Assembly (NCBI RefSeq): GCF_000379525.1
Contig: NZ_KB902522.1
Location: 17,265-49,264, forward strand
Direction: 5' to 3'
Source of the DNA: Lamprocystis purpurea DSM 4197
GTDB taxonomy: Bacteria; Pseudomonadota; Gammaproteobacteria; Chromatiales; Chromatiaceae
Length of the DNA: 32,000 nt
The number at the start of each line of letters is the position of its first letter. The first letter of the stretch is position 1. Below, piece by piece: positions 24,988-32,000 of this stretch. The notes beneath the pieces were generated by a model that made no database searches, was not told the origin of the DNA, and saw only the letters and a program-made list of their open reading frames with translations. The position numbers were made by a program, and so were the translations under genes.

Positions 24988-25188
24988 TCAGACGGCTGGG
25001 GCATCATTCCAGGCATCGTCGTCCGGGTTATCCCAGTCCGCCATGGCGCTGTGCTGTGCGATCATCAGGTCGCGGTCCTCCTGTCGGGCCTGGCGCTGTC
25101 GCAGAAACTCAACGAAATTTAGCACTTCCCGCGCAGCCGCGGGATTTAAGGGTTTGACCGATTCGTAGATTTGGGCGGCGAGGTCCAT
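24988..25188 (-). CDS. DUF2281-like small protein (antitoxin-type), 66 aa
   Basis: MDLAAQIYESVKPLNPAAAREVLNFVEFLRQRQ matches the DUF2281 N-terminal pattern usually found in antitoxins paired with PIN toxins. Start taken at the internal Met. Confidence 0.5.
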   Translation of the reverse strand: MDLAAQIYESVKPLNPAAAREVLNFVEFLRQRQARQEDRDLMIAQHSAMADWDNPDDDAWNDAPAV

Positions 25189-25339
25189 GGATTGGCCGAG
25201 GTGAGGCTGGCGGTTGAACGGCAGCGTTACGGTCGTCGATGGTATCACCGGCAGTTGTTCCGGGGCAAAGTCGGCATTGCCGCCAGCAATTCCAAATTTG
25301 GGCGGCAGCATTCAGCGTGAAGCCGTCGGCGGGGCTGAT

Positions 25340-25452
25340 GGTGGATGCGCTGCGCTTATCCACCCTACAAAACCTGCAATTTTGTAGGGTGGATAAGGCG
25401 CGCCGGGCAATATTCGGGATTCAGCACGTCGGTTGTGCGCGCCGCATCCACC
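25340..25452. repeat. REP/BIME-like pair of inverted palindromic units
   Basis: GGTGGATGCGCTGCGCTTATCCACCCTAC faces an inverted GTAGGGTGGATAAGGCGCGCC…GCGCGCCGCATCCACC. The 18-bp perfect inverted-repeat core is CTTATCCACCCTACAAAA / TTTTGTAGGGTGGATAAG. The architecture resembles enterobacterial REP (…CTTATCCGGCCTAC). Confidence 0.6.
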
Positions 25453-25593
25453 ATGGGCCGCAGCGGACTCTCAAATTTGGAATTGCTGTTGCCTCTGGCG
25501 AGTTCTCAACGTGGTATTTTCAATCAGTGATGGTCTTGGTTTCGAGCGCTGAGTGTCGATGTCGGTGAGTCGGCGAATGACCGTGATCGCCAA

Positions 25594-25624
25594 AGAAAAA
25601 GCCCCGCCGAAGCGGGGCTTTTTT
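25594..25624. terminator. Bidirectional rho-independent terminator (ends groESL transcription)
   Basis: AAAGAAAAA-GCCCCGCcgaaGCGGGGC-TTTTTT; reads as hairpin plus U-run on both strands. Confidence 0.8.
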
Positions 25625-25648
25625 GGCTCGCGGGAGAAGCCGGTTCGA

Positions 25649-27669
<2,021 letters not shown>

Positions 27670-27727
27670 AGGGTTATACTCAAAAAGTGGTGTGCGGCCC
27701 GCATTTTTGCCGCGAGCGACGATACTG

Positions 27728-27754
27728 TTAGCACTCATCTTACGCGAGTGCTAA
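27728..27754. promoter_or_regulatory. CIRCE operator (HrcA binding site)
   Basis: Perfect match to the consensus TTAGCACTC-N9-GAGTGCTAA, about 60 nt upstream of the groES start. Confidence 0.9.
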
Positions 27755-27755
27755 T

Positions 27756-27783
27756 AATTTAAGGGAGATTTCGCGGGCGTCAA
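27756..27783 (-). promoter_or_regulatory. Sigma70-type promoter of groESL
   Basis: Minus strand reads TTGACG, 16 nt, TAAATT, immediately followed by CIRCE. Confidence 0.5.
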
Positions 27784-27791
27784 GTCCTATC

Positions 27792-28367
27792 TTAAAACTG
27801 CACCCCAACGCCGCCCCCGATCCCGCCGCCGTACCAGCCGCCGCTGCCGCCGCCGATGCCGATGGACACCCAGGGTCGTGGGGTCCCCGACCCGTCGCCG
27901 TCGCGGACGGTCTCCGGCCAGAGTGTGACCTTGGCGTTGGCGAGCACCGGAAATCGGTAGGGGGCAGTGCCGACCATACCGTCGCGGATGTCGGTGATCA
28001 TGCCGGTGGCGGTGACCAGGCGGTCGGGTCGGTAATCCGCGGGCTCCAGAAAGCCGGGGGCGACGACGATGAAGCGGCCGATGGGTTGCTGTCCGACCCG
28101 CGGGACGCCGCAGCGGTCCAATGGGTAGCCGATGATTTCGAGTTCAGTGCTGTCTTTGAGATTGCGTGTTGCGCCCAGGGCTCCGCCCCAGCGCAGGCGT
28201 TCGCCGGTGTGGCCCTGGGTTGCGCCGACCTGGGCCGGGGTCAAACGGGGGTTGCCGGTCGGTCCGACGCAGTCGGTTGTCGCGCAGCCGGTCAGGATCA
28301 CCGCGCCGATCAGGGTGCACAGGGCGGCAGCGCCGATAGTATGAGCAGGGTGCGATTTCATGGACAC
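27792..28367 (-). CDS. Slp-family outer-membrane lipoprotein with a Gly-rich C-terminal tail
   Basis: Lipobox LTGC. Slp pattern: RLRWGGALGATRN…ELEIIGYPLD…GRFIVVAPGFLEPADY…VTATG…YRFPVL. Tail GIGGGSGGWYGGGIGGGVGVQF. Confidence 0.75.
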   Translation of the reverse strand: MSMKSHPAHTIGAAALCTLIGAVILTGCATTDCVGPTGNPRLTPAQVGATQGHTGERLRWGGALGATRNLKDSTELEIIGYPLDRCGVPRVGQQPIGRFIVVAPGFLEPADYRPDRLVTATGMITDIRDGMVGTAPYRFPVLANAKVTLWPETVRDGDGSGTPRPWVSIGIGGGSGGWYGGGIGGGVGVQF

Positions 28368-28427
28368 TCCACGCTGTGAACAGAAAGTCGGGCGCGATCA
28401 CCACCAGGACGCTGGTCGCTCGCCCCG

Positions 28428-29051
28428 TCAACGATGCCGTGCCCGTCGCGGCGGCCTGAAGTATGGACCATAAGGCCGATACCAGGGGCTGAACCCGGAT
28501 CTGAACCAGGGATCGTACCAGGGGCCGTAAAAGGGCGAGAATCCCGGTCCATAGTAGACATCGGCGCTCGGCGGGGGTGCCGCGGGCCAGAGGTAGCGAT
28601 GTTCGACCCGGACGATGGGGTAGAGATAGGGGTAATCACCCACCGGGCGGGTCTCCGTCCCGGTGATGGGGCCGACCACGGTCAGTTCGCGATCCACACC
28701 AACCTCCGCCGGGTCGAGAAAACTCCCGACGCGTGCGATGAATCGGCCCTGGCCCTCGCTCCCGGCGCGCGGTGCGCCGACGGCGTCCAGGGGCCGGGCC
28801 AGCACCTCGATCTCGGTGTTGTCCGGGTGATTGCGGACGGCGATGATGGTCCCGCCCCAGCGCACCGGTTGCCCGGTGAAGCGCGCCGGGTCGCGCTGGA
28901 CCTGGGCCAGGTCCACCGTGACGGCGGGCGGAGTGCGGATGGTCGCGGGAATCTGCGAGGCGCAGCCGCACAGCGTCAGCACGGCCAGCACGACCGCTGC
29001 GCGTGTCGATGATGGGCGACCAAGCGATACCTTGAGGCGTGTGCTGTACAT
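28428..29051 (-). CDS. Slp-family outer-membrane lipoprotein paralogue with an aromatic/Pro-rich C-terminal tail
   Basis: Signal/lipobox …AVLTLCGC. PVRWGGTIIAVRN…EIEVLARPLD…GRFIARVGSFLDPAEV…YPYLYPIV. Tail YYGPGFSPFYGPWYDPWFRSGFSPWYRPYGPYFRPP. Start taken at the internal Met. Confidence 0.75.
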   Translation of the reverse strand: MYSTRLKVSLGRPSSTRAAVVLAVLTLCGCASQIPATIRTPPAVTVDLAQVQRDPARFTGQPVRWGGTIIAVRNHPDNTEIEVLARPLDAVGAPRAGSEGQGRFIARVGSFLDPAEVGVDRELTVVGPITGTETRPVGDYPYLYPIVRVEHRYLWPAAPPPSADVYYGPGFSPFYGPWYDPWFRSGFSPWYRPYGPYFRPPRRARHR

Positions 29052-29198
29052 AAGTGAACAATCGTTGTCGTTGTCGTTGTCGTAATCGAGTTGACAAAAC
29101 GGCCTTGGATCATCGCCGCGGCCATCGTACACGCTGCATGGTCATTAATCCGCGGCGCGGACCGTACGAATCACTGTTTTCCCATCGGGTCCGCCGCG

Positions 29199-29735
29199 GT
29201 GCGTCCCGGCAAGGGTGCGTCGTCGAGTGGGTGAAAGTCCCACCCAGGTCACCGCTCGCCACTGGCCTGGCAGCGCCTTGCGGCGGGAACTGGCAACAGG
29301 CCGTCGATGCGTCGGCACGAGAGGAGACGCGGTGCTAATGGTAACAGGTGGCGCTGACCGTGAAGGCTTAGGTGATTTCCGGGAAAGGATCTACCGCCGT
29401 GTAGGGGCGAATTCATTCGCCCCTACAACCCAACAGGCTTTCTGCGCATGTCCAGTCGGGATGCCTATTCACGGAAATCGCCTTAAGCCCTGAAATACCC
29501 AAGTTGGAACCGGCCGTCGGTGTCGCCGCACCAGCAGGTAACACCTGTGCAGGCACCTTCAATTCGTCGGCGTGAGCGGCAACTTCCGTTTCCGGAACTT
29601 ACGGAAACCGTGATCCAGATCACGAAGCCCCACTTGCAAAACAGCGGTGAGACGCGGAAAGTACACACCGAGGGGCGATGGACTTCGGCAGGACCGCCAG
29701 CCGATGGGTAGCACCGAGCCACTGGGGGACCCGCG
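29199..29735 (+). ncRNA. Group II (class C-like) intron RNA, ORF-less and probably 3'-truncated; the 3' boundary is uncertain
   Basis: Begins GTGCG directly after a stem-loop (29151-29198). The first ~45 nt (GTGCGTCCCGGCAAGGGTGCGTCGTCGAGTGGGTGAAAGTCCCAC) are collinear with my recollection of the O. iheyensis IIC intron 5' end. Candidate domain-I closing strand at 29649-29676, and a 17-bp long-range helix 29365-29381/29472-29489. No plausible protein coding in any frame. I did not find domain V. Confidence 0.45.
29401..29426. repeat. Perfect 26-bp palindrome (REP-like) inside the intron-like RNA
   Basis: GTAGGGGCGAATTCATTCGCCCCTAC; GTAG/CTAC-bounded like the REP units at 25340-25452. Confidence 0.7.
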
Positions 29736-29737
29736 GC

Positions 29738-29839
29738 AGGGCCCGAAGCGGCCTCAAAAGCGAGCGCGCCCCACGGGGCTCGTGCTAATTCTCAGCGTCA
29801 TCAGTGGCGCGCGCTGCTTTTTTAGGCCGGACGTTAGGC
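29738..29839 (+). repeat. attC-like imperfect palindrome A, ending in GTTAGGC
   Basis: Left arm GGCCTCAAAAGCGAGCGCGCC (29750-29770) pairs, with bulges, to GGCGCGCGCTGCTTTTTTAGGCC (29806-29828). Then GGAC and GTTAGGC (29833-29839). The 3' ~35 bp recur at 31079-31108. Confidence 0.35.
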
Positions 29840-30085
29840 TCGGTAACTTCGGCAACGGAAATACTATGTATCAAGAAATGTGGGTTAGGCTTTACGACTG
29901 CTCCGTAATGCAAAGACGCAGCCATTCCACGAACGAAAAATGCTGGACTTAGGTACCATTTGCGGCTGCAAGAACGCTAACCGCCCGCACCAGCCTGGGC
30001 CGCGCGACGAGTGGGTTCCGCCGCCGCACCGGCTTAATCTCATGTGCAAACGTCGTATTTGCTATCTTGAAAAGAGGATATACAG

Positions 30086-30409
30086 ATGGGCTTATTTGAT
30101 TTTCTAGATCCCGTTCAATCTACAGGTAACTGGGTTGCATCAACTGCTAAGAAAATCACAAGAGGAGATTGGGGAAAGGCTAGAAACGATATTTCGCCAT
30201 TACTAGTCCAAATGGTGCGAACAAGACCAGGAACACCCGCTTCTGTAGAAGCGGAAATATACAAGAATGAGGTAGATTCGCTATCAAAATTGGGGACAGC
30301 TCTACTTATTTCTGAAGCTCGTAGTGTGAATCCTAGCGATATTCCCGGCATTCAAAGTAAGATTTCAAACATATTGAAAGAAAAAGGCATACCGCAAGAC
30401 TTAATATGA
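30086..30409 (+). CDS. Hypothetical protein, 107 aa (low-GC region)
   Basis: ATG preceded by AAGAGGA. Followed by a hairpin and T-rich tract at 30410-30436. No family recognised. Confidence 0.5.
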   Translation: MGLFDFLDPVQSTGNWVASTAKKITRGDWGKARNDISPLLVQMVRTRPGTPASVEAEIYKNEVDSLSKLGTALLISEARSVNPSDIPGIQSKISNILKEKGIPQDLI

Positions 30410-30436
30410 GTCCCGAATTTCGGGGACAGTTTTCTT
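30410..30436 (+). terminator. Possible rho-independent terminator
   Basis: GTCCCGAAtTTCGGGGAC followed by AGTTTTCTT. Confidence 0.45.
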
Positions 30437-30527
30437 AATTCAGGGGCATGGGGTCAGGTTTTGCCTTAAGAACAGAGAGCCTAACTTAGTCATTGTTAAT
30501 AATCTAGTGAATAGTATAGGCAAATAA

Positions 30528-30740
30528 ATGTTAGAGTTGCTAATAGTGCTATTGAGTATCGTGATGCTGATCGGTGGGTACGCAATTGCTCGAGAAACAT
30601 CATTATTTGGGCCTAGGCATGGTTTTCTTATCAATTGGCAAGATCACCCATGGCGTTCTTTCGAGACCGTCTGTGCGTATATCACAACTGCTTTATTGAT
30701 TCTTATAGCTATAAAATGGATAATTGGTTTATTCTTATAA
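30528..30740 (+). CDS. Small two-TM membrane protein, 70 aa
   Basis: Two hydrophobic helices (LLIVLLSIVMLIGGYAI and ITTALLILIAIKWIIGLFL). No family recognised and the RBS is weak. Confidence 0.4.
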   Translation: MLELLIVLLSIVMLIGGYAIARETSLFGPRHGFLINWQDHPWRSFETVCAYITTALLILIAIKWIIGLFL

Positions 30741-30942
30741 ATTCCAAGAAGGCTAAAATAAACCAACATCAAGAAACATAATTCTCGCAGAAAAGGTAGT
30801 CGGCCTAAATAAACGTGCAGAACAAGATTTCCTCGCTCGCCTAGACGCTATGCCGGTTGAGGAAGCTAGAGAAAAAATACTGAAACATGATTTTGGAGTT
30901 TCTCTTGAGCATCCGCACCACCAGCTAGGAATGCAATGCTAG

Positions 30943-31031
30943 TTACGGTGACAGTTTACTAAATGCACTGAATGCGGATGGGCGTTGAACGCAACCCCGT
31001 AATTACTGTATTTAGTAAACTGTCACCGTAA
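30943..31031. repeat. Perfect 22-bp inverted repeat with a 45-nt spacer
   Basis: TTACGGTGACAGTTTACTAAAT (30943-30964) and ATTTAGTAAACTGTCACCGTAA (31010-31031). A related half-site CGGGGACAGTTTTCTTAATT lies at 30421-30440. Confidence 0.85.
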
Positions 31032-31034
31032 TTT

Positions 31035-31108
31035 GAGGCGCGCTACGACCGGCGGAGCAGAACTCGGGCATCGCAGTAGGCGCGCCCGCTTTAGGCGAAA
31101 CGTTAGGC
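31035..31108 (+). repeat. attC-like imperfect palindrome B, ending in GTTAGGC
   Basis: GAGGCGCGC (31035-31043) pairs with GGCGCGCC (31079-31086). The 3' arm GGCGCGCCCGCTTTAGGCGAAACGTTAGGC is a direct repeat of the 3' arm of element A. Confidence 0.3.
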
Positions 31109-31121
31109 CTCTGATCTCCTT

Positions 31122-32000
31122 ATGTCCAATACGGATTCAATCGACCTTAGCTTGCTTGAGAATAGCCATGCCTTCCTCAACGAAGCTGTGGCGAAGGTTC
31201 TGGTAGCAACCTCCGACATTCGGCATTGGCAGTTTGCGATCCTCAATCTTGTGCAGTCACTCGAACTAAGCCTCAAAGCTGCTCTCAGTGCAATTCATCC
31301 GATTCTGGTCTACGAAGACATCGACAACCCGAAAAACAGCCTGAGTTCCATTCGCGCAATTCAACGACTTGAAAACCCAAAGATCGGCGGGTTCACTTTC
31401 TCAGATAGAGACAAGACAAGGATTCGGAGTGCTATTAAAGTGCGGAATGAGGTTACCCATTCGGGCTTCAATTTTACTGGTCAGCACGCCGCAGCAAATT
31501 TCTTCGAGATATTTGCCTTTGTGTCCGATTTCCAACGACGTCGTCTCAACACCGATGTAGCCGATCTAATTCCGTCCGAGAACTTCCAACAGCTTTTACA
31601 GATTCGGAGGCTCCTTGATGAGTTAGTGTTAAGAGCCAAGAACCGAATTGCTGAAGAAGAAGTCGATGGCAAGTTCGTATGGGCATGTCCGAATTGCGGA
31701 GAGGACACCTTTGTCATCGAAGACGGCGCCGATATCTGCTATGTGTGCTCCCATGCGGAGGCTGTAGTTGAATGCGCGCACTGCGAGCAGTTGAATTTCG
31801 AGTCCGCCATGGAGTCGTTTTTCGAGTCTCTCGACACAGACTACGATGAGGGACGGACCGTTATGCATAACTCCTATGGCTACAGCAACTTCGAGGCCTG
31901 CCCCGATTGCGTCTCGAAGATCATGCGAGATATTCAAGAGCAGCGAGTGCAAGAAGAATTTCATCGGCTGGAAGAGGAGTATCACCATAGAAACGCCTAA
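31122..32000 (+). CDS. HEPN-like (RNxxxH) N-terminal domain protein with a C-terminal 4x CxxC zinc-ribbon region, 292 aa
   Basis: Complete ORF, with the stop at the window end. Helical N-domain with IKVRNEVTHSG (Rx4H at 31443-31460). The C-terminal half has CPNC…CYVC…CAHC…CPDC. The family assignment is inference only. Confidence 0.55.
   Translation: MSNTDSIDLSLLENSHAFLNEAVAKVLVATSDIRHWQFAILNLVQSLELSLKAALSAIHPILVYEDIDNPKNSLSSIRAIQRLENPKIGGFTFSDRDKTRIRSAIKVRNEVTHSGFNFTGQHAAANFFEIFAFVSDFQRRRLNTDVADLIPSENFQQLLQIRRLLDELVLRAKNRIAEEEVDGKFVWACPNCGEDTFVIEDGADICYVCSHAEAVVECAHCEQLNFESAMESFFESLDTDYDEGRTVMHNSYGYSNFEACPDCVSKIMRDIQEQRVQEEFHRLEEEYHHRNA

Noticed and set aside
21449-25452. CRISPR array
   Set aside because: The repeats here occur only twice, are 125-320 bp long, and are not regularly spaced short repeats. 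No cas genes are present.
29195-29340. Possible cobalamin riboswitch (GGTGAAAGTCC hairpin, GCCACTGG…GGGAA, and an AGGAGAC B12-box-like core)
   Set aside because: The resemblances are short. The B12 box is a poor match (GAGAGGAGACGCGG against GCCAGGAGACCTGCC). No + strand gene follows for 750 nt. The GTGCG start after a hairpin and the collinearity with a IIC intron 5' end explain the same nucleotides better. An Rfam scan would settle it.
29745-29790. Candidate group II domain V (AAGCGAGCGCGCCCCACGGGGCTCGTGCT)
   Set aside because: It can only form about 5+4 bp with a CACG loop, against the canonical 9+5 bp, GNRA loop, 34-nt hairpin. The same bases are better explained as the left arm of palindrome A.
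29140-30080. tRNA or tmRNA gene as an island integration site at the GC boundary
   Set aside because: I looked on both strands for T-arm GGTTCGAATCC-like motifs and the tmRNA GGGGCTGA…CCACCA ends and found none.
30479-30536. GCCTAAC … GTTAGAG as a 58-bp attC site
   Set aside because: The two halves do not pair beyond CTAAC/GTTAG. GTTAGAG overlaps the start codon of the 70-aa ORF and ends in R rather than Y. It is probably chance in AT-rich DNA.
30758-30943. 61-codon open frame (…EKVVGLNKRAEQDFLARLDAMPVEEAREKILKHDFGVSLEHPHHQLGMQC)
   Set aside because: There is no ATG/GTG/TTG start before the internal Met at 30851, so it is not called as a gene. It is mentioned only as a possible remnant.

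Overview
High-GC (roughly 65-70% by eye) chromosomal segment that looks gammaproteobacterial: holB-pilZ-tatD synteny as in Pseudomonas, and protein sequences reminiscent of purple-sulfur/Chromatiales-type genomes. The left third is mostly housekeeping: holB (3' part), pilZ, tatD-family hydrolase, AI-2E permease, nikR, corA, and an ATP-grasp/N-formylglutamate-amidohydrolase-like pair. The centre (7.6-15.1 kb) holds the main system, a four-gene translationally coupled operon. Its first three products look like MukF, MukE and MukB (kleisin, KITE, 1466-aa SMC-like ATPase). The fourth is a JetD/MksG-type Toprim protein, so this is a Wadjet/MksBEFG-like anti-plasmid condensin. Next come an SLC13 permease with two TrkA-C domains, then a piuC-like hydroxylase / CofD-YvcK-like / OpgG-FG-GAP operon. 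A small accessory patch (21.4-25.5 kb) follows: a Uma2 endonuclease gene and a truncated copy of it, each followed by a structured 125-bp repeat. These bracket a DUF4124-trypsin-like protease. The patch ends with a zeta-toxin-like ATPase module and REP/BIME-like palindromes. After that come groESL with a perfect CIRCE operator and two tandem Slp-family lipoproteins. The right end (29.15-32.0 kb) is the least ordinary part. It has an ORF-less RNA resembling the 5' two-thirds of a group IIC intron, placed directly after a stem-loop, followed by a sharp GC drop to about 40%. The low-GC region carries small same-strand ORFs separated by palindromes ending in the integron core-like GTTAGGC. Its last ORF is a 292-aa protein with an RNxxxH (HEPN-like) motif and four CxxC pairs. 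No rRNA, tRNA or CRISPR array was seen. All calls rest on reading the ORF translations and the DNA by eye; no searches were run.
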